DNA of 64,000 nucleotides from Hypanus sabinus. Lineage: Eukaryota. Made by a program: the position numbers and the translations under genes. Each line of letters starts with the position of its first letter. Within the stretch, counting starts at the first letter, position 1. The notes beneath the pieces are model-generated. The model did not search any database. It had not been told where the DNA came from and worked only from the letters and a program-made list of their open reading frames with translations. The DNA lies in the NCBI RefSeq assembly GCF_030144855.1, contig NC_082731.1, forward strand, positions 10,540,001 through 10,604,000, written 5' to 3'. Positions 23,025 through 34,943 of the stretch are shown here, in pieces.

Positions 23025-26000
23025 TAGAAACATAGAAAATATGTGCAGGGGTAGGCTATTCGGCCCTTCGAACCTGCACTGCCATTCAGCATGATCATGG
23101 CTGATCTTCCAACTCAGAACCCTGTACCTGTTTTCTCTCCATACCCTCTGATCCCTTTAGGCACAAGGGCCATATCTAACTTCCTCTTAAATATAGCCAA
23201 TGAACTGGCCTCAACTGTTTCCTGTGGCAGAGAGTTCCAGAGATTCACCACTCTCTGTGTGAAGAAGTTTAGCTTCATCCTGGTCCTAAAAGGCTTCCAC
23301 TTTAACCTTAAACTGTGATCCCTCGTTCTGGACTTCCCCAACATTGGAAACAATCTTCCTGCATCTAGCCTGTCCAATCTCTTTAGAATTTTATACGTTT
23401 CAATAAAATCCCCCCTCAATCTTCTAAATTCCAGTGAGTAAAAGCCTAGTCGATTCAGTCTTTCTTCATATGAAAGTCCTGCCATCCCAGGAATCAATCT
23501 GGTGAACCTTCTCTGTCCTCCCTCTATGGCAAGAATGTCTTTCCTCAAATTAGGGGACCAAAATTGCACACAATATTCTAGGTGCGGTCTCACCAAGGTC
23601 TTGTCCAAACGCAGTAGAACCTTCCTGCTCCTGTACTCAGATCCTTTTACTATGAATGCCAACATACCATTTGCCTTTTTCACCACCTGTTGTACCTGCA
23701 CGCCCACGTTCAATGACTGGTGTACAAAGACACCCAGGGCTCGTTCCACCTCCCCTTTTTCTAATCGGCCACCTTTCAGATAATAATCTGTTTTCCTGTT
23801 CTTGCAACCAAAGTGGATAACCCCACATTTATCAATACTAAATTGCATCTGCCATGAATTTGCCCACTCACATAACGTATCCAAGTCACCCTGCATCCTC
23901 TTCGCATCCTCCTCACAGCTAACACCGCCGCCCAGCTTCGTGTCATCCGCAAACTTGGAGATGTTGCATTTAATTCCCTCGTCCAAATCATTAATATATA
24001 TTGTAAATAACTGGGGTCCCAGCACTGAGCCTTGCGGTACCCCACTAGTCACTGCCTGCCATTCTGAAAAGGTCCCGTTTACTCCTACTCTTTGCTTCCT
24101 GTCTGCCAAACAATTCTCTATCCACATCAATACCATACCCCCAATACCGTGTGCTTTAAGTTTGCACACTTATCTCTTGTGTGGGACCTTGTCAAAAGCC
24201 TTTTGAAAATCTAAATATACCACTTCCACTGACTCTCCCCTACCAACTCTACTAGTTACATCTTCCAAAAATTCTATAAGATTCGTCAGGCATGATTTTC
24301 CTTTCACAAATCCATGCTGAATATGTCCGATAATTTCAGCTCTTGCCAAACGTGCTGTTATCACATCTTTGATAACCGACTCTAGCATTTTCCCCACCAC
24401 CGATGTCAGACTAACCAGTGTATAATCCCCCGGTTTCTCTCTCCCTACTTTTTTAAAAAGAGGGGTTACATTTGTCATCCTCCAATCCTCAGGAACTAAT
24501 CAAGAATCTAAGGAGTTTTGAAAAATTATCATTAATGCATCCACTATTTCCTGGGATAGTTCCTTAAGCACTCTGGGATGCAGACCACCTGGCCCTGGGG
24601 ATTTATCTGCCTTTAATCCCTTCAATTTACCTAACACCACTTCTCTACTAACGTATTTCCCTCAGTTCCTCCATCTCACTGGACCCTCGGTCCCTTACAA
24701 TTTCCAGAAGATGATTTATGTCTTCCTTAGTGAAGACAGAACTAAAGTAGTTATTCAATTGGTCTGCCATGTCTTTGTTCCCTATGATCAATTCACCGGT
24801 TTCTGACTGTAAAGGACCTACATTCATCTTGACCAGTCTTTTTCTTTTCGCATATCTATGAAAGCTTTTACAGTCAGGTTTTATGTTCCCTGCCGGCTTT
24901 CTCTCATAAACTTTTTTCCCTTCCCTAATTAAGCTGTTTGTCCTCCTCTGCTGGTCTTTGAATTTCTCCTAGTTCTCGGGTATGCCGCTTTTTTTGGCTA
25001 ATTTATATGTTTCTTCTTTGGAGTTGATACTATCCCTAATTTCCCTTGTCAGCCACGGGTGCACTACCTTCCCTGGTTTATTCTTTTGCCAAATTGGGAT
25101 GAACAATTGTTGTAGTTCATCCATGCGATCTTTAAATGCTTGACATTGAATATCCACCGTCAACCCTTTAAGTATCATTTGCCAGTCTATCTTAGCTAAT
25201 TCACGTCTCACACCAAAGTTACCCTTCTTTCAGTTCAGAACCTTTGTTTCTGAATTATCTATGTAAAGGGGGTTTCTTTTTTTCCCTTTGTTACTGTTGG
25301 GAAAGGGTTTCCTTTTTGTTAACTAGCAGGAATGCTAATTTACTGATAACGAGAATGGTATTCCTTTGTAAACCAAATGGGGATTAATGTTCTTTCTTCT
25401 GAGTCTGTAAGCTTTTGTTGACGGGCTTTTGGGCAGATCGGCGCGAGGGGGTCGAGAGAGAGGACGCAATGCTCTAAGCTGGGCGAGGTTCGGACCCCAA
25501 AGGGGGGTCCGAGGCCGGGAGATTCTCCGAGGAGGGGGGGTGATGAAGCTAGATGTGCTTGGTTGACCACTCGGAGGGTCCTGAGCTGTTTGGAGAGTCG
25601 AGGAGTTCGGAGGGTCCTGAGCTGCGAGTCGAGGAGTTCGGAGGGGATCGAATGGTGGCCAGAAGACTTCGGAAATTGAGCTCCAACGGTTGTGCACGAA
25701 GTGGTTTGGACTTTGATAAGTTTGGCGCCTTTTCTTTAAATTTCTCTTCATATATACTGTATCGTTATTAATCACTTAGTTATAGTAACCTTTATAAATT
25801 GTACTCATTTAATCGCATATGGTGTACTGTCTGGTTTTGGGCGAGGCGGGGACATCTCACAGCATCCACACCAGCTGATTACCCAGTTTGGCGGGGCCGA
25901 AGGCTGCTCCCCCTAGACAAGAACGAGCTGAGCGAGCCTGAGGCGACCCAGGGAGTTACATCTATGTCATTCTCCATCTTAATGAAGAATTCCACCATAT

Positions 26001-27110
26001 TATGGTCACTCTTACCCATGGGGCCTCATATGACAAGATTGCTTATTAACCCTTTCTCATTGCTGAATACCCAATCTAGAATGGCCTGTTCTTTAGCTGG
26101 TTCCTCGACATGTTGGTTCAAAAAACCATCATGCATACTTTCCAAGAAATCTTCTTCCTCAACACCCTTACCAATTTGGTTCACCAAATCTATATGTAGA
26201 TTGAAGTTGCCCATTATGACTACTGTTCCTTTATTGCACGCATTTCTAATTTCCTGTTTAATGCCATCCCCAACCTCACTACTACTGTTAGGTGGACTGT
26301 ACACAACTCTCGCCAGCGTTTTCTGCCCCTTAGTGTTAGAGAGCTGTACCCATATCGATTCCACATCCTCCAGGCTAATGCCTTTCATTTCTATTGCGTT
26401 AATCTCCTCTCTAACCAGCAGTGCTACCCCACCTCCTTTTCTTTCCTGTCTCTCCCTCCTAAATAATGAATATCCCTGGATGTTGAGCTCCCATCCTGGA
26501 GCCATGTCTCTGTGACCAACTATATCATATTCATTAATAACTATCTGCACATTCAATTTATCCACCTTGTTACGAATGCTCCTCGCATTGATACTCAAAG
26601 CCTTCAGGCTTCTTTTTACAACACGCTTAGCCCTTATACAATTATGTTGAAAAGTGTCTATTTTTGCTTTTTGCCCTGGATTTGCCTGCCTGCCAGTTTT
26701 ACTTTTGAACTTACTACTTTTTGCTTGTACCCTCATTTTACACCCGTCTGTCCACAGCACTTGTATCCATCCCCCTGCCACATGAGTTTAATGCCTCCTG
26801 AACAGCATTAGCAAACGCTCCCCCTAGGACATTGGTTTCAGTGCAGCCCAGGTGCAGACCGTCCTGTTTATACCGGTCCCACCTCCCCAAAACGGGTTCT
26901 AATGCCCCAGAAATTTGAATCTTTCCCTTTTGCACCATTCTTCAAGCCACGTATTCATCTGAAATATCCTCCGATTTCTACTCTGACTAGCACGTGGCAC
27001 TGGTAGTAATCCAGAGATTATTACCTTTGTGGTCCTACTTTTTTAATTTATCTCCTTATTCCCTAAATTCAAATTGTAGGACCTCATCCCGTTTTTTCTT
27101 TACCTATATC
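23025..27110 (-). mobile_element. Near full-length CR1 LINE (endonuclease + RT), interrupted by a solo LTR
   Basis: Open 351-aa RT segment 23114-24169 (VTSGVPQGSVLGPQLFTIYINDLD...KFADDTKLGG); endonuclease 26026-26781 (LSINARSIRNK...VVYSPP...GNFNLH); (ATAGAAAC)-like tail near 23025. Confidence 0.92.
25262..25960. mobile_element. Solo LTR (699 bp) nested in CR1, 4-bp TSD TCTA
   Basis: Termini TGTAA...TTACA; TCTA at 25258-25261 and 25961-25964; the CR1 text rejoins across it. Confidence 0.88.
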
Positions 27111-28460
27111 GTTGGTATATCCCCCAGTAATATCATTGAAATAGACTCAGAGCATCTGAGGCCCCAATATCGATCACTGTGATATCCTGTTCGCCACAGC
27201 ATGTAGGGCCGTAAACCCTTACAGGGTTCGCTTCTGGTACATGGTTGCTGTACTGTTTAACATGCACAAAATAGACTGCTTTTATTCACCCGTGCTATTC
27301 TGACAGTATCACCCAAACACAAAATACCATGATGGACTGGGGCTTCGAATACGCGGGTCTCACTTGGAACCTTCCCTTCAATTTCGATGGGTTTATATCC
27401 TGTAACTCTCTACCCAGCAGCTGTGAAAATTATGCTTCACCAGGAGCATTGAAGCAATTCAGGAAAATAGCTCACGTTTTCTATGCAAGACAGGTAAACA
27501 ATGAACGTACTAGGGGCATCGAGAATCTAAGCAAAAGTAATAAAGCAAAATTACTAAAGGCTCGTGCACATTTGAAACTGAATTGATCCTCCAAATGTTA
27601 CTGTATTTTAATACCACAGTTTATATTTTTTCTGGAATGCGTTGGTTGGTAAATAATGCAGGTGTCGGCTCATACATCGCAGTAGAGTTTTATAATTTTC
27701 AGGTCGAATCAAGTGGCAAGGGCTTCCTTGGAATACGTGGTTCCATTATATTTTATGGCACGTGGTAACCTACAGAGTCAACGTGGCCGCTTCGGTTTCA
27801 CGTTACTGGCAAATTTTCCTATTTCTAGAGGAGTAACTCCCACAAAGTATGACCGAAAATATTGAAGAGCTGGCAGTCAGTCCTCGGTTCGTAAAGTAGT
27901 GATATATTGAATGCTACGCACACAACCAGTTCTTTATTAGAATTCAGTGGCATGTTATATTTTGTTTTCTTATTTCGAAGAGCGTGCTACTCCGTCCATA
28001 ATGGAGAATGTACTGCAGTTTTAACTGAGTATTGCTTTCCGCTTAATAGTTCTTTTCGATCAGCTTATTTCAGAATCACACTGGGGACTGGCAGACAAAA
28101 CCTTTGCACATTTTGTGTGAATACCTTTGAAGGAAGCCACGTTTTCTCTCAGTACTTTGAAGATCTAAGGGGGAACGTTTGCATCCCTGAATGGGAAAAA
28201 TACTTACTGTTAAAGTCATGTCAGTATACTGTTTGCGCTGTTGTTTCTATAATCGGGAAAATCAATGAGGATATCAGACAAGGAAGATAGAGGAGTCGGG
28301 TTGATAAGGCAAGTATAGCTGTATTAGGGAAGCAGACAAAAATGTCACAGAGAAATGCGTAGTAAGTGGGATTATGTGCTACTCCGGCCTGGTTAGAGTT
28401 GTTATAATCCACATCTTGAACATCACAGAATGAATATAACCATTCCCGCTTTTTTGCCAG

Positions 28461-28781
28461 AAGAATGCCTTATGGCTGACATTAATGCCATAATAAAAAA
28501 ACCTTCCTTTGAAGAGATTTGGATGCTTCGGAGGGCAACAATTGTGTGCGAAGTGGTTTACACAGATCTACAGAATGTCACCGTCTCCTGGCAAGTAAAT
28601 GGGAGTCGGAGAATGAACGGAGTAAAGACTCGCGCTCCAGAGAGGAGGGGAAGTAAGTCTGTCATCATTAGCAAACTGAAGATCAGTGTGGAGGAGTGGA
28701 ACAGTGGAACCGAATACCTGTGCTTCGTAGAAGACCGTGATCTGCCAACACCACTGACAATCGCCACCAAAAAAAACAAGG
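28461..28781 (+). CDS. IgNAR: IgNAR constant exon orthologous to C4 (with N-terminal Cys)
   Basis: Acceptor cttttttgccag|, donor G|GTAAGC. EECLMADINAIIKKPSFEEIWMLRRATIVCEVVYTDLQNVTVSWQVNG...SKSVIISKLKISVEEWNSGTEYLCFVEDRDLPTP matches recalled C4 (VDCRQTDI..LLKPPFEEIW...ATIVCEIVYSDLENI.V.WQVNG...EW.SGTEYVCLVEDSELPTP). Confidence 0.94.
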
Positions 28782-29143
28782 GTAAGCGCAATTAACTGCC
28801 GTCTTGAGTACGCATGATATATCAAACAAACTTTTTGGCAGTGACATTCATGAACTAATCAATAGAATTGAAAACATAATCTCCTCCATTCCGTTGCGTA
28901 ACAACAATCCAGAAGAAAAAAGAACGATCAGGACACCCGTGGTAACGTAGAAAAAAAGTAAATACACAAAACTGTAAAACTATACATGGTATCTTAATAA
29001 CAAAGAGCAAATGCAACACCTTATTTAAATCTGGAGCCGATATGTCTTGTGTTGAAAAGCTGATCTAATTTCTGAGTTTACTGATGTTTGAACATCTGGA
29101 GTCTGGTGAAGATACAAATTTAAAATATGTTTTTCTCTTCCAG

Positions 29144-29526
29144 TTATTGAAATGCACCGCCCTAAAGCCTACCTCTTGTACCCAGCAGCTGAGGAGATTC
29201 AAGCCGAGGAAGCAGCTACCCTAATTTGCCTCGTGACCGGTTTTTATCCAGAAGACATATACGTCGGCTGGATGGCTAATGACAACCTTTTGCATTCGGG
29301 ATTCTCCATCCAGTTTAACAGCGATAAGGAGAACGGCTCTAACTCGGTCACCAGCAAACTGAGAATCAGCGCAGAAGACTGGGAGAAGGGAACCACCTAT
29401 AGCTGTTTGGTTGGACATCCGTCGCTACAAACAAATATAATCAGAAGTATTAATAAATCCCAGGGTAAACCTACTTTAGTTAACGTGTCAGTTATTCTAA
29501 CTGACAGCTTTAAATCGAGCGTCTAA
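29144..29526 (+). CDS. IgNAR: IgNAR C5 exon plus secretory tailpiece (GKPTLVNVSVILTDSFKSSV*)
   Basis: Acceptor ttttctcttccag|. VIEMHRPKAYLLYP...ATLICLVTGFYPEDIYVGWMAND...TYSCLVGHPSL...NKSQ matches recalled C5 (QMHPPKVYLLHP...IYVGWMAND...TTYSCLVGHPSL). Internal donor CAGG|GTAAAC at 29464/29465 for the membrane form; stop TAA 29524-29526. Confidence 0.95.
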
Positions 29527-29807
29527 TCATCTTTGATTTGATGACTAGTAGCTTGGAAATGTTTCTTGCTTACTGCGTTTTGCTGATTTACTGAAGACCA
29601 CGCATAGCATTCACTCTTCAGATTATACTACCGCAAATGAAATATTCCATTAATTTCATTTATTCATTAACATTCTGATGAGCTTTCGATAGCATTAGAA
29701 TATTTTTAACTTTACGTTCATTCTGAAAATGTAGTACTTCAGAGAGGCTATTAAGTCGCGGAATAGATAGCAGATAGAGATTAATTCTGTACGCCACATT
29801 ATATTGA

Positions 29808-29813
29808 AATAAA
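29808..29813 (+). terminator. Candidate poly(A) signal of the secretory IgNAR mRNA
   Basis: First AATAAA I found after the tailpiece stop, followed by a GT/T-rich tract (ttcttggtttccacatgtgtgttcttattttt). Confidence 0.6.
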
Positions 29814-30099
29814 TTCAGAATGAAAACTTCTTGGTTTCCACATGTGTGTTCTTATTTTTGCTCTTAAGAGTAAAATATTTTTCAGTTTTTTTTATATTAG
29901 CTTCATAAATATATTAGTATAGTTCCATTCTTTCCTTTTCACGTGTCGCAAATATGGCAGGGAGACGAGAGAGGCAACGATATAGGGCAAATTACTAAGG
30001 TTATTCAGATCCTAGCGGTTCGTGGAGATTAGATTCGAGATCTGATTTGACGGATGGGCTCGTTTGTGCAAGTGTACCTGTCATCTGAACTTTAAAAGC

Positions 30100-30975
30100 A
30101 AAAGGTTCATAGACAATAGACAACAGCACGGAATAATATCAGGATCAGAATAATTTTCTTTGACATTGTCGCGAATTTTATTGTTTTGCAGCAGCAGTAC
30201 AATGCAATACGTAAAATACAATATGAAAGAGATCCTTAAAAATAAATAAGTAGTTATAAAAGGGGGAAATTAGTGATGTAGTTTTAGTGGGTTCATGGTT
30301 TGTTCAGATTCTGATGAAGAAGGAACAGAAGCTGTTCCTAAAAAGTTGAATGTGTGCCTTCATACCCCTGTACTTCTGATGGCAGAAATGAGAAGATGGC
30401 ACATCCTGGATGGAGGGAGCCCTTAATAATTGTTGCCAACCCCTTGAGGCACCGCCTTTTCACATGTTCTCAATGTTGGGGAGACTCGTGCCTATGGATA
30501 GCTGCACACAACCCTCTGCAGTATTTACGGTTCCTATGCAATAGTGCCTAAACACCAGCTGGCGATTTAGCCAGTTAGAAAGCTGACGTTTTGAATGTTA
30601 GACTTGTGCAAAAATTTGGTAGGGTCTTTGGTGATATACCAAATCTTCTCCAGCTCTTAATAAAATAGACCAGTGGCGTGCTTATTTCCCTATTTACATC
30701 CATATATTGGGATCTGTATAGATCTTCAGAGAATACCTCCTGGAACTTGAAATAGCTCACCTTTTCCACTGCCGACTCCTCGATTAGGACCGGCGTGTGT
30801 TCCTTCGACTTCTGCTTTCTGCTGTCGACAATAAGTTCATTTCTCTTATTCTTGTTGAGAACACGGTTGTTGCTGCGGCGCCACTCAACCAGCTGATTAG
30901 TCTCACTGATGTACGCATCTTTGTCACACACTGAGATTCTGCTAACAGCAGTTTCATTGGCAAATTTATAAATCA
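30100..30975 (-). mobile_element. Decayed Rex1/Babar-type LINE in the C5-TM1 intron
   Basis: ORF 30575-30976 IYKFANETAV...NKNKRNELIVDSRK...VSYFKF. Confidence 0.7.
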
Positions 30976-32323
30976 CATTTCCTTCTCATCTCTTGGTGAA
31001 TACAGTACACGATGCTTGGTTGCTGATTTCAAGCAGAAACATACCTGATGCTAGATAAATACTATTGACCTCCATGTTTCATTTGGCCTCTAACACTGAT
31101 TATACGGCATCCAGTGCTCAATAGAATTGAGAAAGCCGAAACAATCGACATCAGCGAATCCTAAAAGTCGTTCGCCTGCCACCACCCCTGTTCCTAGTAA
31201 ATGGCTGAAGCAGATTTCATGTTCGCTATTATATGATCTTATTTAACACCTGTTTCTCAGTCTGCCTCTACTGAATTGCCACTATAAAGCTTATGTTTCT
31301 ATTAGTTCTGAGCACCCATGAACATGGAAATGCCCTCCCAAAAGCTCTTTAGTCTTTCACATTTTATACAACATAGAAAATGCCATCGTGTTTTAGAAGA
31401 CAGGCTATTTGACTTACCTTCCCTATGCATCTTGACATACACGAATTATAGATCTGCCAAAGTCTCTCAGTGAAGATAATTATCTTGAAATTGAGAGCTT
31501 ACACAGCCTCGTCCTTGCCCTCTCAATCTCGTCATGCCCTCCCCAATATCTCAAGCTGGATCCCGTTTTGGACTCCTTGGCACAATAATTGGCAGTCATA
31601 TGAAGGGCCCAAACGTTGTAGCCAGTTCAGTGACTGCACATTTCCTCGTCTATTTATATTAATATGCTACATAAATCCAGATCTGTAGATGATGTGTTTT
31701 AAACATGTTGTTCAATATTTCCCGTGACTTTTCTGTGAATGGTACTGTGATATTCTAAGTAAATACACTTCAATGAGATCTATCATCTATCCAACTGTTC
31801 CTCTCGGCCCTGGGCTTTCCGTCTGCTAAACTTGGTTTCGGGCTTTGGCTGCATGACTTTGCTCAGGGCCTGCTTGAAATGGTTACCGCGCCAGACAAAG
31901 TGAACGACAAGAGAACAGTGTTCAAGTTTAAGCAAACGCCGACTTAGACTGCAATGGACAATCACGTGTCCAAAATTAACTGATCTGCAAGGAGGGTGTA
32001 ACCTGTAGTTATATAAAAATTGGTGCGTTAGCTGCAGTCGAATTCAATCTAATGTTGCTGTGACCGGCATTATGAATTCCAAGTGAACATCTGAAGTGGT
32101 ACTCTTAAGTCAGTTTTGTATTATCTTGACTCGTGTGATGGTAACAGAATTTTGAGAATTGTACAGTCTTGCTCAATAGGGTCCAATGTATTCTATTTAG
32201 AACTCCTCACAACAGTTAATAACCACTCAGCTGACAGAACAGAGAAGAACAAGTGACTGATGGCCACACAAATGACAGCATTGTAATCATATGAAGGGAT
32301 ATTGATAAATGAAAGAATAGGCC

Positions 32324-33648
32324 TGTCGTAAAGGGGAACGTGGGGAGTGGACCCAAAAGCAAGACACAGACACTGAACTCCAAGGAACAGGACTAGGCGA
32401 GAGAAGGAAGCAAGGAAAGTGGGGAATAAAGGACGCTGGACATTACACAGGTTCCAGACGAGACAAGGATACCAGGCCTGGGCTAGGGATGGACGAGGAT
32501 AGCGGAACCAGGACATGGAACTGGGAACTAGGAGCCTGGGCTTGGACTCCGAGCCAGAGACTAGATAAGGACCCAGAACCTGGGTCTTGACTCGGGCTCG
32601 GACTTCAGAACCAGGTGAGGACAAGACGTGGCTACAGGACGAGGAGAGGCACAGGACTGGACGTGAGACTCATGGACAGGACAAGGAACCCCCAGCACCG
32701 GACTGGGCAAGGTACTCCTGGGCTGGGCGAGGCACATGACAAGACGAGAACACAAAGCCGTTGCTTGGACAGGACAAGGACTTTTGACAGGACAAGGGAA
32801 CCCCAGCACAGAACCTCAGCACTGGGCTGGGCAAAGTACTCCTGTGCTCCACTGCACATGACAAGATGAGAACGCAAAGGCTTGGACAGGACAAGGACAT
32901 TGGACGTGTCTGGGACTGGACGAGACCCCGAAGCCTTGAATTGGTCGAGGGAGCAACAGGAACATGGAACACCGAGCCAGTACTCCTCCTTGGATACGGG
33001 ACGTAGGGCCGGGGCTCATTGCACATGACGCTGAACACGACGAGACAGTTCCCAACGTTAGGTAGCGGCAAAACGGCCGGACCTATCTAGCGAAGACGGT
33101 GACACTAAGAGACAGTTCCACACAGGGCGAGGCTCCAGACACAAGCAAGACGAGGCAAGGCTCCAGACACAGATACAGGCTCCAGGCAGAGGCGAGGCGA
33201 GGCGAGGCAAGGCTCCAAGCAGAAGCAAGGCGAGGCAAGGCAAAGCTGCAGCCGAGGCAAGGCAATGCTCTAGGCGAGGCAAGGCAAGACTTCAGGCGAG
33301 GCAAGGCAAGGCAAAGCTCCAGCCGAGGCAAGGCAATGCTCTAGGCGAGGCAAGGCAAGGCTTCAGGCGAGGCAAGGCAAGGCTTCAGGAGAAGCAAGGC
33401 ATGGAGAAGCTAGGCGAGGCAAGGCAAGGCAAGGCTGCAGGAGGAAGATGAAGGGAAGGGATACAGACAGGGGGTTTGCACAGAAACAATCCAACAGCTA
33501 AAGGCTGAAACCTGAAGCTATTTATGAAGCCAGCCCAAACGAGAATCAACTGCCTCAACAGAAACCGTGGAAAACCAGAAAACCTAGAATAAGGAGTATG
33601 AACCGGACAGTGAACCCAAATGTGGATTTCATGGACCGGACCTTGACA
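32324..33648. mobile_element. Solo LTR-like insertion (1325 bp) with internal GC-rich tandem repeats, 5-bp TSD AGGCC
   Basis: Termini TGTC...GACA; AGGCC at 32319-32323 and 33649-33653; (GGCAA/GGCGA)n arrays about 33130-33440; TATA-like element on the minus strand near 33520. Confidence 0.85.
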
Positions 33649-34341
33649 AGGCCATGTTCTGGCAAATATTGTATAGTATCAGGAGCTCAGTTTAGACAAG
33701 ATAAATATATATTTTAAAATATAAATGTGTTAGAAGCAGAGGATGTTCGGGAATGAGACAAAAGAAATTTGTAGTTGCAGATTATTGCAATGTCATGGAC
33801 TAAAGCTGCAGCCAAAAGTGAATAGTATAAGTTTGCATTTAGAAGAGTAAAACACACAAGTTGAAAGCATGCTGCAACTACATAAAGCACAGCCCGCCAA
33901 AGGACAGAAATGTCACGTGTATGTACTGAATTCTGTCTTTCCTTTGCTCTGTGGAATATGATCAGGAGGCAACTGCTCAGTATATGTTAGGAGTGGGAGG
34001 TAAATATTGTCCTTCGCCTGAAGGCGCTTAACAGCGCTCTCCCTCATTAAATTTCGCTTTCATGAACTTGAGAAAAGGATTTCACCGTCTGGGTTTATGT
34101 TATCTAAAACCCAGATCAAGTAGATACATGATCAGTTATTTAAAGTTTTATCAAGTAGAAATGACAAGGACGGCACAGAACTAATGTCAGTACACGTTAA
34201 GGATGCCACTGAACGAATATTAAATTGAAAGCTGAAGTTAGGAACAGTCTGATGAACAAGTGCGTCAAGGGAAGTGGGTCATTTGGCTTTCTACTAAGAA
34301 AACATATAAAATGCAGTAAAACTCTAAACTATCGATTTCAG

Positions 34342-34499
34342 CAATCTGTGTAACTCTGGAAGACCTGGACGACTATTCAGGCGATGAAGAAAGATTCGAA
34401 AACCTTGATGAAGATGTTAGTTCATCGTCAGCGCTCATCACGTTTGTGATCCTCTTTATGATGAGTATGATGTACAGCGCATTTACAACGACTGTTAAG
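34342..34499 (+). CDS. IgNAR: IgNAR transmembrane exon TM1
   Basis: Acceptor gatttcag|, phase 1, in frame with the C5 internal donor. AICVTLEDLDDYSGDEERFENLDEDVSSSSALITFVILFMMSMMYSAFTTTVK has an acidic spacer and the conserved antigen-receptor TM motif (TF..LF..S..YS...T). Donor AAG|GTAACG. Confidence 0.92.
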
Positions 34500-34870
34500 G
34501 TAACGACAAGTTTCAATTCTCCAATAGTCTATTCAAATCCATTAAAATATTTGGCGTAAATTTCACATTTCAAGTTGTGAAATTATCAGTCTAACAGAAA
34601 CTTAATTCATGTTTCTCCCAATATGTGGTTGGGTTTCGGTGAAGCTTCCCTGTCGCGTATAGTCCATTCCTAATATCTCCTATGAACGTGACGTCCATGC
34701 ATAAAATAATTAAAAGACCATGTACAAAGATTATAACTAAAGGAAGGAATTACTGACAATGCCAGCGGGATTTGACAAGAAATTGCGATAAATAAAAGAG
34801 CAGAAAATGAGAGCATGATGTATTTTAATTCATTTTCTGAATGCATAGGTTCTTAGATTAGAGAGAGAGG

Positions 34871-34872
<2 letters not shown>

Positions 34873-34935
<63 letters not shown>

Positions 34936-34943
34936 CGCGCACG
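34873..34943. repeat. (GT)29 microsatellite continuing as alternating GCGTGCGCGCACG
   Basis: Read directly; lies in the TM1-TM2 intron. Confidence 0.97.

Noticed and set aside
27389-27402. GGGTTTATATCCTG as a frameshifted GFYP motif of C3
   Set aside because: No Cys at the correct upstream spacing and no downstream Trp or YxC motif.
27907-28290. 127-aa ORF containing EW...YTVC as a degenerate C3
   Set aside because: Motif spacing is wrong for a C1-set domain, there is no FYP or core Trp, and no compatible splice sites.
32193-33344. Multiple overlapping ORFs rich in C, P, L, R and A
   Set aside because: Products of low-complexity tandem repeats within the solo LTR.
33130-33440. GGCAA/GGCGA arrays as a class-switch region
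   Set aside because: They lie inside a TSD-bounded LTR insertion downstream of the C exons, whereas switch regions precede C exons.
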